Source of the DNA: an uncultured Collinsella sp.
GTDB lineage: Bacteria > Actinomycetota > Coriobacteriia > Coriobacteriales > Coriobacteriaceae
DNA: 37,149 nucleotides
Assembly (NCBI GenBank): GCA_902495985.1
Contig: CABUZF010000001.1
Location: 1 to 37,149 of the forward strand
Direction: 5' to 3'
In this document: positions 8,833-17,794 of the stretch, piece by piece
Position numbering within the stretch: position 1 is the first letter of the stretch
How the letters are laid out: each line of letters begins with the position of its first letter
Program-made: the position numbers and the translations under genes
Notes under the pieces: generated by a model
Told to the model about the DNA's origin: nothing
Databases searched by the model: none
Seen by the model: only the letters and a program-made list of their open reading frames with translations

Positions 8833-9904
8833 TGAGTATGTGATCCCGGAGCACTACGAGGATCTCACTCCTGCTCCGCAGCTCGACCAGAAGACCCTCA
8901 ACAAGATGGCTTGGCGCTCCTGCTTCCTGCAGGCATCGTTCAACTACGAGCGCATGCAGGCCGCTGGCTGGCTCTACTCCATCATCCCCGGTCTGGAGAA
9001 GATCCACACCAACAAGAACGACCTCGCGGCTTCCATGAGCCACAACCTGGAGTTCTTCAACACCCACCCGTTCCTTGTCACCTTTGTTATGGGCATCGTG
9101 CTTTCGCTCGAGCAGAACAAGGTTGACATCCCCACGATCCGCGCCGTCCGCGTCGCCGCAATGGGCCCGCTCGGTGGTATCGGTGACGCCCTGTTCTGGC
9201 TGACGCTCGTGCCTATCACGGCCGGCATCACCTCCAACATGGCCATCAACGGCAACGCCGCTGCACCGATCATCTTCCTGGTGATCTTCAACGTCGTCCA
9301 GTTCGCTCTGCGCTTCTGGCTCATGAACTGGTCCTACAAGCTTGGCACCAGCGCTATTGACGCTCTGACCGCCAACATGCAGGCCTTCACGCGTGCCGCT
9401 TCCATCATGGGCGTCTTCGTCGTCGGTTGCCTGGTCGTCACCATGGGTGGCACCCAGATCAACCTCCAGATCCCCAACGGCACCACCCGTGGTCTCTCCG
9501 CTACTACCGTGATCGTCTCCGAGAAGGAGGCCGAGAACTTCACCGGTATGGAGGGCATCGATACCGAGACCGCTGAGGCCGGTACCATCGCCATGACCGA
9601 TAAGGACGGCAACGCCCTTACCGCTTCCGATGCCGACGGCAACGCTGTCGAGTGCGGCGTCACCGATCTGGGTAACGGCATGGAGTCCGTTACCTACGGC
9701 ACCGTCACCGAGGATCCGGTCAACTTCTCTGTTGCCGACACCCTCAACACCATCGTCCCGAAGCTCGTCCCGCTTATGCTTACGCTGCTGCTTTACTACA
9801 TGTTCGCTAAGCACAGCTGGACCCCGACCAAGGGCATTCTGCTGCTCTTCGTCCTGGGCATCCTGGGCGCTGGCCCGCTTGGTCTCTGGCCGAGCATCTG
9901 GTAA
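8822..9904 (+). CDS. agaE: PTS mannose-family EIID with long acidic loop insertion
   Basis: QASFNYERMQ, FFNTHP, MGPLGGIGDA. ATG 8822 after GGAGG overlaps the IIC stop. Confidence 0.9.
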   Translation: MASNEYVIPEHYEDLTPAPQLDQKTLNKMAWRSCFLQASFNYERMQAAGWLYSIIPGLEKIHTNKNDLAASMSHNLEFFNTHPFLVTFVMGIVLSLEQNKVDIPTIRAVRVAAMGPLGGIGDALFWLTLVPITAGITSNMAINGNAAAPIIFLVIFNVVQFALRFWLMNWSYKLGTSAIDALTANMQAFTRAASIMGVFVVGCLVVTMGGTQINLQIPNGTTRGLSATTVIVSEKEAENFTGMEGIDTETAEAGTIAMTDKDGNALTASDADGNAVECGVTDLGNGMESVTYGTVTEDPVNFSVADTLNTIVPKLVPLMLTLLLYYMFAKHSWTPTKGILLLFVLGILGAGPLGLWPSIW

Positions 9905-9970
9905 GGCTCTAGCTTGAGGGGTGTGTCCCTACGCGGCTCACACCCCGACCCCTTAAGCCATGTGTATGTT

Positions 9971-10009
9971 AAAAGCCGCGTGCTCGAAAGAGCGCGCGGC
10001 TTTTGTTTT
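9971..10009 (+). terminator. Intrinsic terminator after PTS operon
   Basis: AAAAGCCGCGTGCTC-GAAA-GAGCGCGCGGCTTTTGTTTT. Confidence 0.85.
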
Positions 10010-10089
10010 CTTGATGATTCGGGTGTTGCGGACTGATAATGCTTAACACCCTAGGTAGTTAGCCGAATTCGAGCAAAAGGGAGGATAGG

Positions 10090-10821
10090 ATGGCGATCGG
10101 AGCGCGTAAGCAACCGCTGTACGATCAGCTGGTCGATATTCTGACCGAAAAGATTGACCATGAATATCGCGCCGGTGACATGATTCCCTCCGAGCGAGAA
10201 CTTTCGGAGCGCTATGGTCTCTCCCGCACTACGGTACGTCTGGCTCTGCAGGAACTGGAGCGTTTAGGACTGGTGGTTCGGCAGCACGGTCGCGGTACCT
10301 TTGTGACCGACCGTTCGGCAAAGGCAACCAATCTTATGCAGTCCTACAGCTTTACCGAGCAGATGCGCGCGATGGGTCGCGACCCCGAGACCACGATTCT
10401 CGAGTTTTGCGAGATGGAGGCCGATAAGAATCTGGCCGAGCATATGGGATTGCGTATCGGTGATCGCATTTTTAAGCTTAAGCGCCTTCGTTCTGCCGAC
10501 AACATGCCCATGATGGTCGAACGCAGCTATCTACCGGTTCGTCAATTTCTGTCCCTAAAGCGACCGCTGCTGGAGCGCAAGCCGCTTTACGATGTGATTG
10601 AGCAAGACTTTCAGCAAAAGATACGCGTGGCTGAAGAGGAGTTCTATGCGAGCATAGCCCGTCCCACCGACGCCCACCTTTTGGGAATTGTCGAGGGCTC
10701 GCCTGTGCTCGATTTGGTCAGGACTACGTATAACGAGTCAAACGAGGTTGTGGAGTATACACTCTCGGTTGCTCGTGCCGATCAGTTTAAATACAAGGTT
10801 TACCACCAGCGTAGCAACTAG
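10090..10821 (+). CDS. GntR family (HutC/UTRA, NagR-like) transcriptional regulator
   Basis: PLYDQL...IPSERELSERYGLSRTTVRLAL...GRGTFV wHTH, followed by a UTRA-like domain. Confidence 0.92.
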   Translation: MAIGARKQPLYDQLVDILTEKIDHEYRAGDMIPSERELSERYGLSRTTVRLALQELERLGLVVRQHGRGTFVTDRSAKATNLMQSYSFTEQMRAMGRDPETTILEFCEMEADKNLAEHMGLRIGDRIFKLKRLRSADNMPMMVERSYLPVRQFLSLKRPLLERKPLYDVIEQDFQQKIRVAEEEFYASIARPTDAHLLGIVEGSPVLDLVRTTYNESNEVVEYTLSVARADQFKYKVYHQRSN

Positions 10822-10858
10822 TGTCCGCATCGTTTCCATATGGTGATTCTTTGCATTT

Positions 10859-10896
10859 AACTGGTTACTACCAGATAACCAACCGAAGTGTATAAT
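10859..10896 (+). promoter_or_regulatory. GntR operator AACTGGTTACTACCAG plus extended -10 GTGTATAAT for agaS
   Basis: Palindrome CTGGT-N4-ACCAG at 10861-10874 overlaps the expected -35. TATAAT at 10891-10896. Confidence 0.7.
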
Positions 10897-10935
10897 TGCA
10901 CGTCAGAGGATTACTTCTAGAGAGAGGTATTAGAA

Positions 10936-12102
10936 ATGTTCGAGAAGAGTGTCGAGGAGCTCACCGAGCTCGGCGCCCAGATCACCACGGCCGAGATTGC
11001 TCAGCAGCCCGAGCTTTGGCGTGATACGCTCAACATCTATCGCGAGAACAAGGAGGCCATCGAGGCCTTCCTGGCCGAGGCTCGTGCTATGGGCGAGGGC
11101 CGTCTGTCCGTTGTCTTCACCGGTGCCGGTACGTCCGACTATGTTGGCGATACCTGCGCCCCGTACCTGCGTCACGCTGGCAACACTGATCTCTACGACT
11201 TTAAGCCCATCGCCACGACCGACATCGTGAGCGCTCCGCGCGATTTCCTGCGCGCCGAGGATCCCACGCTCGTGGTTTCCTTTGCCCGCTCTGGCAACAG
11301 CCCCGAGAGCCTTGCTGCCGTTGCCGTTGCCAAGGAGCTCGTCCACAACGTCAAGTTCCTCAACATCACCTGCGCTCCTGAGGGCAAGCTCGCCGTCGAG
11401 TCCGCTGATGACCCCAATGCGCTGACGCTGCTCATCCCGCGCGCCAACGACAAGGGCTTCGCCATGACCGGTTCTTATTCCTGCATGACCCTGCTCTCTA
11501 CCCTCATCTTTGACGAGGCTTCCGACGAGCAGAAAGCCGAGTGGGTCGAGACCATCGCCAAGATGGGCGAGGAGGTCATTGCTCGCGAGTCCGAGGTTGC
11601 CGACTACCTCGCTGGCGACTTCAACCGCGTGACCTACCTGGGCTCCGGCTCCTTTGGCGGCCTTGCCCAGGAGAGCCAGCTCAAGATCCTCGAGCTCGCT
11701 CACGGTCTGGTTGCTACTTCCTACGACACCTCCATGGGCTATCGTCACGGACCTAAGTCTTTCGTCGACGATAAGACGCTCGTCTTCGTATTCGTCAACA
11801 ACGACGCCTACACCCGTCAGTACGACATCGACATCCTCAACGAGATCGGTGGCGACGATATTGCTCAGCACACCGTTGCCGTTCAGCAGGATGGCGCTAC
11901 TGTCTACGAGGGTGAGTCCTTCACCTTTAAGGGCTATGAGGCACTCCCCGAGGGTTACCTTGCTCTGCCGTTCGTGATGTTTGCCCAGGCAATCAGCCTG
12001 CTCAACTCCGTGCGCGTGGGCAACACGCCCGATACGCCGAGCCCCACCGGCACGGTCAACCGCGTGGTCAAGGGCGTGACGATTCACCCCTTCACCGCTT
12101 AA
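10936..12102 (+). CDS. agaS: Galactosamine-6-phosphate deaminase/isomerase (SIS domains)
   Basis: T..EIAQQPELW, FTGAGTS, SFARSGNSPES, DKGFAMTGS, GYRHGPKS, PDTPSPTGTVNRVVKGV. Confidence 0.93.
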   Translation: MFEKSVEELTELGAQITTAEIAQQPELWRDTLNIYRENKEAIEAFLAEARAMGEGRLSVVFTGAGTSDYVGDTCAPYLRHAGNTDLYDFKPIATTDIVSAPRDFLRAEDPTLVVSFARSGNSPESLAAVAVAKELVHNVKFLNITCAPEGKLAVESADDPNALTLLIPRANDKGFAMTGSYSCMTLLSTLIFDEASDEQKAEWVETIAKMGEEVIARESEVADYLAGDFNRVTYLGSGSFGGLAQESQLKILELAHGLVATSYDTSMGYRHGPKSFVDDKTLVFVFVNNDAYTRQYDIDILNEIGGDDIAQHTVAVQQDGATVYEGESFTFKGYEALPEGYLALPFVMFAQAISLLNSVRVGNTPDTPSPTGTVNRVVKGVTIHPFTA

Positions 12103-12120
12103 TCGCGTCCCCCTGTAAGG

Positions 12121-12162
12121 GCGCCCGTCCGCTCATAACGGCGGGCGGGCGCTTTTTGTTTT
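12121..12162 (+). terminator. Intrinsic terminator between agaS and nagA
   Basis: GCGCCCGTCCG...CGGGCGGGCGC stem followed by TTTTTGTTTT. Confidence 0.75.
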
Positions 12163-12219
12163 ACGTGAGCTGGGTATAAGCATCACCACAGTCAACTGCT
12201 TTAGAAGCAAGGAGTGCAT

Positions 12220-13389
12220 ATGAGCACGTACGCAATTAAGGCTGACAAGTTCTTCTTGCCGGCAGGCCCGCAACTGGGCGGCTATCTTATGGTCGAGGAT
12301 GGCGTCTTTGGCGCCTGGCAGGCCGACGAGCCCTCTTGCGAGATTAAGGACTACACGGGATCGTGGATCGCGCCGGGCATGGTCGACACCCACATCCATG
12401 GCTTCTACAACCACTCGACCACCGATAACGACGCCGAGGGTATCGATATCAGCTCGACCGAACTTGCCCGTCGCGGTACCACCAGCTGGCTGCCCACGAC
12501 GTTCACCGATGGCGTCGAGCAGATCAAGGACGCTTGCGCCGCCATCGCCCAGGCGGACGAGGGTCGCGGCCCCGACTTCTGCGGTGCTCGCATTCAGGGC
12601 ATCTACCTGGAGGGCCCCTTCTTTACCATGAAACACGTGGGCGCGCAGAACCCCGCTTATCTGATCGACCCCTCCGAGGAGGTCTTCGACCAGTGGCAGG
12701 AAGCTGCGGGTGGTCGCATCGTTAAGAGCGCCATGGCGGCCGAGCGCGACGGTGCCGCTGCTTATGCGGCTGCGCTGAACGCCAAGGGTGTAGTGACCAG
12801 CATCGGTCACTCCGACGCCACCTATGATGAGTGCATCGCCGCCATCAACGCCGGTGCCAGCTGCTTTACGCATACCTATAACGGCCAGCGCGGGCTGCAT
12901 CACCGTGAGCCCGGTGTCGTGGGTGCTGCCATGTCCACGCCCGAGACTTACGCCGAGATCATCTGTGACGGCAAGCACGTAAACCCTGCCGCCATCAAGG
13001 CGCTGCTGCAGGCAAAGGGCTGGCAGCACACGGTACTCATCACCGACTGCCTGGGCTGCGGCGGCATGCCCGAGGGCAGCTACACCAGCGGCGGCATGGA
13101 CGTCATCATGAAGGACAACCTGTGCTGGCTCGCCGACGGCAAGAGCATCGCCGGCTCGGTGCTCACGCTTGCCCAGGGCGTCAAGAACATCGTCGACTGG
13201 GGCATTGCCAGCGCCGATATCGCCATTCGCATGGCAACCGAGGTGCCGGCACGCTCCGCGCACATCGAGGATAAGTGCGGCAGCATCATGCCGGGTCGCG
13301 ACGCCGACTTTGTCGTGTTCGACCATGAGCTCACCCTCGTCGAGACGTATGTTGGCGGCCAGAGCGTCGGCAACGCCTTTACCGAGTAA
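12220..13389 (+). CDS. nagA: N-acetylhexosamine-6-phosphate deacetylase (NagA/AgaA)
   Basis: PGMVDTHIHG, YLEGPF, HVGAQ, GHSDA, THTYN, DGKHV, ITD, IAGS. Start is ATG 12220 or GTG 12214. Confidence 0.93.
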   Translation: MSTYAIKADKFFLPAGPQLGGYLMVEDGVFGAWQADEPSCEIKDYTGSWIAPGMVDTHIHGFYNHSTTDNDAEGIDISSTELARRGTTSWLPTTFTDGVEQIKDACAAIAQADEGRGPDFCGARIQGIYLEGPFFTMKHVGAQNPAYLIDPSEEVFDQWQEAAGGRIVKSAMAAERDGAAAYAAALNAKGVVTSIGHSDATYDECIAAINAGASCFTHTYNGQRGLHHREPGVVGAAMSTPETYAEIICDGKHVNPAAIKALLQAKGWQHTVLITDCLGCGGMPEGSYTSGGMDVIMKDNLCWLADGKSIAGSVLTLAQGVKNIVDWGIASADIAIRMATEVPARSAHIEDKCGSIMPGRDADFVVFDHELTLVETYVGGQSVGNAFTE

Positions 13390-13395
13390 CGATAG

Positions 13396-13433
13396 AAAAA
13401 GACGGCGGGCCCGAATCTGCTCGGACCCGCCGT
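13396..13433. terminator. Hairpin terminator between convergent nagA and flavodoxin genes
   Basis: AAAAAG-ACGGCGGGCCCGA...TCGGACCCGCCGT. The T-tract is on the minus strand. Confidence 0.7.
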
Positions 13434-13464
13434 ATGGGTTAAACGCTCAAAAGTACCTTAACAG

Positions 13465-14049
13465 TTACAGCTTGTTAGCGATCTTCTTTGCCGTGCGCTT
13501 AACGCCGGCCACCAGGCCTCCTGCAGGATGCTCCTTCTCGTATGCTAGGCGCTTCTCGCGCTTGGCGTACTCTTCGACGATGATGTCGCCATACTCGTCT
13601 TCGATCTTGTCGAAGAAGTCGACAGCGCCCTTAATTTCCTCAGCGGTCGGGTGTCCCTTTTGGACACCACCGGCGAGCTTGAACGGCCCCCACGTATCAA
13701 AGCCGGGGCAGCCGTAGACACCCATAAAGATGGCCTGCCTCATGCGGCAGATGCCATCGATATCCTTGCCGTACCACTTGTTTTTGCCACCGTAGGTCAT
13801 AAGGCCAAACACCTTGTCCTGCGGCTGCAGCACGTTAGTGAGCACGCGTGCCATGTCCTTGTCGATCTCGGAGTAATAGATGCCCGTGGCGACGCCGATC
13901 AGATGGTATTCGTGCAGGTCGGGGTACTCGTTTTTACCGAGCGCCTTGACGTCGAGGGTATCGATCTCGGGGTGTGCCTCGACGATGGCGTCCACGAGCT
14001 TTTTCGTATTGCCGTGGTGGCGCGAGGCGTAGAGGATGATGGTTCGCAT
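13465..14049 (-). CDS. Flavodoxin-like protein
   Basis: Likely start is ATG 14049 (MRTIILYASRHHGNTKKLVDAI), then GVATGIYY and CPGFDTWGPFKLAGG..KGHP. The longer ORF extension is antisense to the LacX-like gene. Confidence 0.85.
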   Translation of the reverse strand: MRTIILYASRHHGNTKKLVDAIVEAHPEIDTLDVKALGKNEYPDLHEYHLIGVATGIYYSEIDKDMARVLTNVLQPQDKVFGLMTYGGKNKWYGKDIDGICRMRQAIFMGVYGCPGFDTWGPFKLAGGVQKGHPTAEEIKGAVDFFDKIEDEYGDIIVEEYAKREKRLAYEKEHPAGGLVAGVKRTAKKIANKL

Positions 14050-14205
14050 AAGAAGGCCTTTCAGCTGTAATTGCATCAATGTCTGTATGGTACCCCGTTG
14101 CATGGCTGGGATACCGGACGTATCGATGAACGTGCGGGCTTGTCCTTTTGTCAGGGCCAAGACGGGTTCTTGCGAGCAAAAAGCAGTTGTTCGAAAGGAT
14201 GGGCA

Positions 14206-15087
14206 ATGGAATACGCTCTCTCCAACGATTCGATTTCTATTAAGGTGTCCACGGCTGGTGGTTCGTTTACCTCGATTGAGGCCGGAGGTCGCGAGTATCT
14301 GTGGCAGGGCGATTCTGCCGTGTGGTCCGGCCAGGCACCGATTTGCTTCCCGATTTGCGGAGGCTTGCGCGACAACAGCGCCATGACGTTCGCCGGGCAT
14401 CATGTAAAGCTCGCTCGCCACGGGTTTGCGCGCAAACAGGAGTGGAAGCTGCTGAGCCAAGGTGAGAACGAGTTGGCGATGTGCCTGGCTTCGGAGGATA
14501 ACGCCGCGCTGCTGAGCGATTATCCGTACCCGTTTAAGCTTGTCGCTCGTTATACGCTTGAGGGGGATGCCGTGCGCGTCTCCTATGAGGTGACCAACGA
14601 GGGAACCGAGGACATGCCGTTCTTTATCGGCGGTCATCCCGGCTTTAGGTGTCCGCTCGATGAGGGCGAGGCCTATACGGACTACGAGTTGCGCTTTGAG
14701 AAAGACGAGGCTGCGGAGCTCTGCACCGCCGTTCCCTCGACTGGATTGATTGACGTGGCAAACCGCTCCAAGAACCCCATGGTGGGAAAGACGCTGCCCC
14801 TGTCGCACGAGCTCTTCGATTTTGCGGAGACCATCTTTGACGTGCTCGAGAGCCGCCAGGTCACGCTTTCTAAGAAGGGGGAGGACAAGGGCGTTCGCCT
14901 GAGCTTCGAGGGCTTCCCGTATCTCATTGTGTGGAGTAAGCCCGAGGGCGATTTTGTGGCAGTTGAACCCTGGGGCGGCCTCTCGACCTGCTCCGATGAG
15001 GACGACGTACTTGAGCATAAGCGCGGCTGCCTTGTCGCCAAGCCCAAGGAGACCATCGTTCGCTCGTTCACGATTGAGATTCTGTAA
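14206..15087 (+). CDS. lacX: Aldose 1-epimerase family protein (LacX-like)
   Basis: EYLWQGD..VWSGQAPICFPICG, RHGFAR, YPYPF, GGHPGF, FVAVEPW. ATG 14206 after GAAAGGA. Confidence 0.88.
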   Translation: MEYALSNDSISIKVSTAGGSFTSIEAGGREYLWQGDSAVWSGQAPICFPICGGLRDNSAMTFAGHHVKLARHGFARKQEWKLLSQGENELAMCLASEDNAALLSDYPYPFKLVARYTLEGDAVRVSYEVTNEGTEDMPFFIGGHPGFRCPLDEGEAYTDYELRFEKDEAAELCTAVPSTGLIDVANRSKNPMVGKTLPLSHELFDFAETIFDVLESRQVTLSKKGEDKGVRLSFEGFPYLIVWSKPEGDFVAVEPWGGLSTCSDEDDVLEHKRGCLVAKPKETIVRSFTIEIL

Positions 15088-15146
15088 TTCCGTTTTGTCG
15101 ACTCGTATCGCGAGGCATAAGGAGCCTGCGAGATAAGGAGCTAAAA

Positions 15147-16082
15147 ATGATCCTCACCGTTACGATGAACCCGTCTGTCGATACGCGCTATCAGCTCGAT
15201 GAGCTCATTATCGACGACGTCAACCGTGTGACGCCCGAAAAGACCGCCGGCGGCAAGGGCCTCAACGTGGCCCGCGTGCTGGGTCAGCTGGGCGACGACG
15301 TTGTGGCAACCGGTCTGCTCGGCGGCCACATGGGCGCCTACATGGCTGAGCTCATGGACGCCAACGGTATTAACAACGACTTTGTGCCCATCAAGGGCGA
15401 GACTCGAATTTGCCTCAACATTCTCCACGCCGGCAACCAGACCGAGCTGCTCGAGAGCGGCCCGACAATTGCCCCCGAGGAGCTCGATGCCTTTACCGCC
15501 AAGTTTACTGAGCTTGCGGGCAAGGCCGACGTTGTCACCATTTCGGGTTCTCTGCCCCGCGGTGTCGAGGCAGGCTACTATGCCAAGATCACGGGCATTG
15601 CCGAGAACGCCGGCGCCAAGGTGCTGCTCGATACCTCGGGTGCCTCTCTCGAGGCTGCGCTCAAGTCCGAGGTCAAGCCCGAGCTGGTCAAGCCTAACCT
15701 GACCGAGATCAACGGCCTTCTGGGCACGAGCTTTACCACCGACGATGTGGACGAGCTCCGTGCCGCGCTTGCCTCTGATGCCCGCTTCTCCGATATCCCC
15801 TGGGTCGTCGTATCCATGGGCGCTGCCGGCTCCGTTGGCTTCCACAATGGCCGTGCGTTCCGCGCGAAGACTCCCGATATCCCTGCCGTTAACGCCACGG
15901 GCTCTGGCGATTCGACCATTGCCGGCTTCGCACATGCCATCGCTGCCGGCGCAGACGACGAGACGGTGCTGCGTACCGCCAACACCTGCGGCAAGCTCAA
16001 CGCCATGGATCCCATGACCGGCCATCTGGTCATGGACCGTTGGGACGAGGTCTACAACGGCGTTGTCGTGACCGAGCTGTAA
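15147..16082 (+). CDS. lacC: Tagatose-6-phosphate kinase / 1-phosphofructokinase family
   Basis: MILTVTMNPSVD, AGGKGLNVARV, SGSLP, KPNLTE, NATGSGDSTIAG; pathway context. Confidence 0.88.
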   Translation: MILTVTMNPSVDTRYQLDELIIDDVNRVTPEKTAGGKGLNVARVLGQLGDDVVATGLLGGHMGAYMAELMDANGINNDFVPIKGETRICLNILHAGNQTELLESGPTIAPEELDAFTAKFTELAGKADVVTISGSLPRGVEAGYYAKITGIAENAGAKVLLDTSGASLEAALKSEVKPELVKPNLTEINGLLGTSFTTDDVDELRAALASDARFSDIPWVVVSMGAAGSVGFHNGRAFRAKTPDIPAVNATGSGDSTIAGFAHAIAAGADDETVLRTANTCGKLNAMDPMTGHLVMDRWDEVYNGVVVTEL

Positions 16083-16115
16083 GAGGTTGTGCTGCGGCTC
16101 CGGCATCGGTTGCTA

Positions 16116-16247
16116 GCTCATGTCGACGACAGGTGCAGTAGCATTATGCCGGGGCGCGACGCCGACACTGTCGTGTTCAATCCCGACCTTACCCTGGTCG
16201 AGACGCATGTGGGTGGCAACAGCGTCGGTAATGCGTTTGCCGAGTAG
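16116..16247 (+). pseudogene. 3' remnant of a second nagA gene
   Basis: Translates to AHVDDRCSSIMPGRDADTVVFNPDLTLVETHVGGNSVGNAFAE*, 32/43 identical (my count) to the C-terminus of nagA at 12220-13389. The 5' part is absent. Confidence 0.88.
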
Positions 16248-16279
16248 CCGCCAAAGAAACGATCCGAGAGGGGATTTAG

Positions 16280-16753
16280 ATGATTTACGGTGCATTGGGC
16301 GATATCGAGGAGTACCGTGGAATGCTCAAGGGCCTCGACGTGCTGATCGATTGGCTCGAGGAGAATGATCCGGCGCAGCTCGAGGTCGGCAGCCATCCGA
16401 TTCTGGGCGACAAGGTCTTTGCGAACGTCATGGCTCCCACGACGCGTCCCGAAGCCGAGGCTCACTATGAGACGCATCAGCGCTATCACGACCTGCAGAT
16501 CGACGTCGAGGGTCGCGAGGCCTTTAAGGTTGCCACGGGCAGCCTGACGCTGGTTCATGAGTTTGACGAGAAGGACGACTACGATCTGGTCGATTCCGAC
16601 GCCTCGATCGCCGGCGATCTTGCTGACGACAAGTTTGCGCTGTTTGTTGCCGGCGAGCCTCACATGCCCACGCTCGAGTTCCCGGGCGATGGCGCGCAGC
16701 CGGTCAAGAAGATCTGCTTTAAGCTGCTTGCAGACGCTTACTGGGAGGAGTAA
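16280..16753 (+). CDS. YhcH/YjgK/YiaL (NanQ-like) family protein
   Basis: YETHQRYHDLQ, FALF..GEPHMP, VKKICFK. Confidence 0.88.
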   Translation: MIYGALGDIEEYRGMLKGLDVLIDWLEENDPAQLEVGSHPILGDKVFANVMAPTTRPEAEAHYETHQRYHDLQIDVEGREAFKVATGSLTLVHEFDEKDDYDLVDSDASIAGDLADDKFALFVAGEPHMPTLEFPGDGAQPVKKICFKLLADAYWEE

Positions 16754-16927
16754 CGAGCCGCTCGGCTGAGCTGTTCGTTTTGCGAGCGTTATCCCTTGGA
16801 GGAATGCGCTTGGGCCCCGCTGAACGCGGTTCCTTTGGGGATTGCGGTTGGCGGGGCTTTTGTTGAGTAGGAGAGTTTCCGGCGGCGTTGCGCTTGGATT
16901 GGCGGAAGCGCGCCCGAAATCAGCAAC

Positions 16928-16950
16928 AAAAAAGCCGCCCGAAGGCGGCT
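16928..16950 (-). terminator. Terminator of tRNA-Thr
   Basis: Minus strand AGCCGCC-TTCG-GGCGGCT followed by a T run. Confidence 0.8.
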
Positions 16951-16961
16951 ATCTTGTGCAA

Positions 16962-17037
16962 TGGAGCCAGCGACCGGGCTCGAACCGGTGACCCCCGCTT
17001 TACGAGAGCGGTGCTCTACCAACTGAGCTACGCTGGC
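16962..17037 (-). tRNA. tRNA-Thr (anticodon CGT)
   Basis: 76 nt: GCCAGCG acceptor stem, D arm TAGCTCAGTTGGTAGAGC, anticodon arm CCGCT-CTCGTAA-AGCGG, T loop GGTTCGAG, encoded 3' CCA. Confidence 0.97.
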
Positions 17038-17076
17038 GACCATGTGGTGACGCAACTGAGGCGTCAACGGCTGTCT

Positions 17077-17105
17077 ATGATACGGGACATCGCACATCCG
17101 CGCAA
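17077..17105 (-). promoter_or_regulatory. Sigma70-type promoter for tRNA-Thr
   Basis: Minus strand TTGCGC-N17-TATCAT, 40 nt upstream of the tRNA. Confidence 0.6.
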
Positions 17106-17244
17106 GGGTTCTGACGGCTTTTCTCACTTTAAATGCACTAATATTAGAGGCGTGATGTCTGCGGCGTCCATCTGGCGCTTGACCAGCTGTTGAGTTGGTG
17201 GTCGACGTCCCGCTCGTATGGGTCTCAAACAGAATGGGGCAGCC

Positions 17245-17727
17245 ATGGCTCAACCCAAGATCCTTCTCACACGTATCGATGACCGTTTCATTTACGGACA
17301 AGACGTTGAGCTGTGGAACGAAGCCGTGGGTTCCAACCTTGTCCTAATCGTCAACGATGAGATCGCGGCAGATTCGCGCCAATGGGCACCCATGAGGGTG
17401 GCGGCGCCAGAAGGCGTTTGGACGCGGTTTTTCTCGGTACAAAAGGCCATCGACATCATTCATACCGCAACGCCTCGCCAATTGATTCTGATCATGGTGG
17501 CCTCACCCTCCGATGCGCTCGCGCTGGTTAAGGGCGGTGTGCCAATAACCAAGATTAGTATCGGCCATATGCGGGCGGGGGAGGGCAAGCGCTCTGCAAC
17601 GCCTGCCGTTGCCGTAGGCGATACAGACATCGCCGCCTTCAAAGAGTTGCAAAAGCTCGGTATAGAGCTAGAAATCCGCCATCTCCCCAGTTCCGCCCCC
17701 GATCCCATCGGCAATCTGTTCAACTGA
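17245..17727 (+). CDS. Orphan PTS mannose-family EIIB paralog with His-to-Tyr change at the phosphorylation site
   Basis: 160 aa, colinear with 7459-7941. RIDDRFIYGQ versus RIDNRLVHGQ. Confidence 0.85.
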   Translation: MAQPKILLTRIDDRFIYGQDVELWNEAVGSNLVLIVNDEIAADSRQWAPMRVAAPEGVWTRFFSVQKAIDIIHTATPRQLILIMVASPSDALALVKGGVPITKISIGHMRAGEGKRSATPAVAVGDTDIAAFKELQKLGIELEIRHLPSSAPDPIGNLFN

Positions 17728-17794
17728 TCCCTTGGGGACGGAGGAAAACGGATCATTTTGCCCTTGCGAGGGACGCGTGCGATGCCGCCTGTTA

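Noticed and set aside
14050..15018. 517-aa version of the flavodoxin ORF as a fusion protein
   Set aside because: The extension overlaps the LacX-like gene on the opposite strand. The flavodoxin motif starts at ATG 14049, which has its own upstream GAAAGG.
16120..16368. 82-aa ORF between lacC and yhcH
   Set aside because: Wrong frame. The real signal is the nagA remnant in another frame, and the ORF overlaps yhcH.
16962..17037. tRNA-Thr as integration site of a genomic island
   Set aside because: No integrase and no duplicated tRNA 3' end (att) found in the window; sugar genes continue on both sides.
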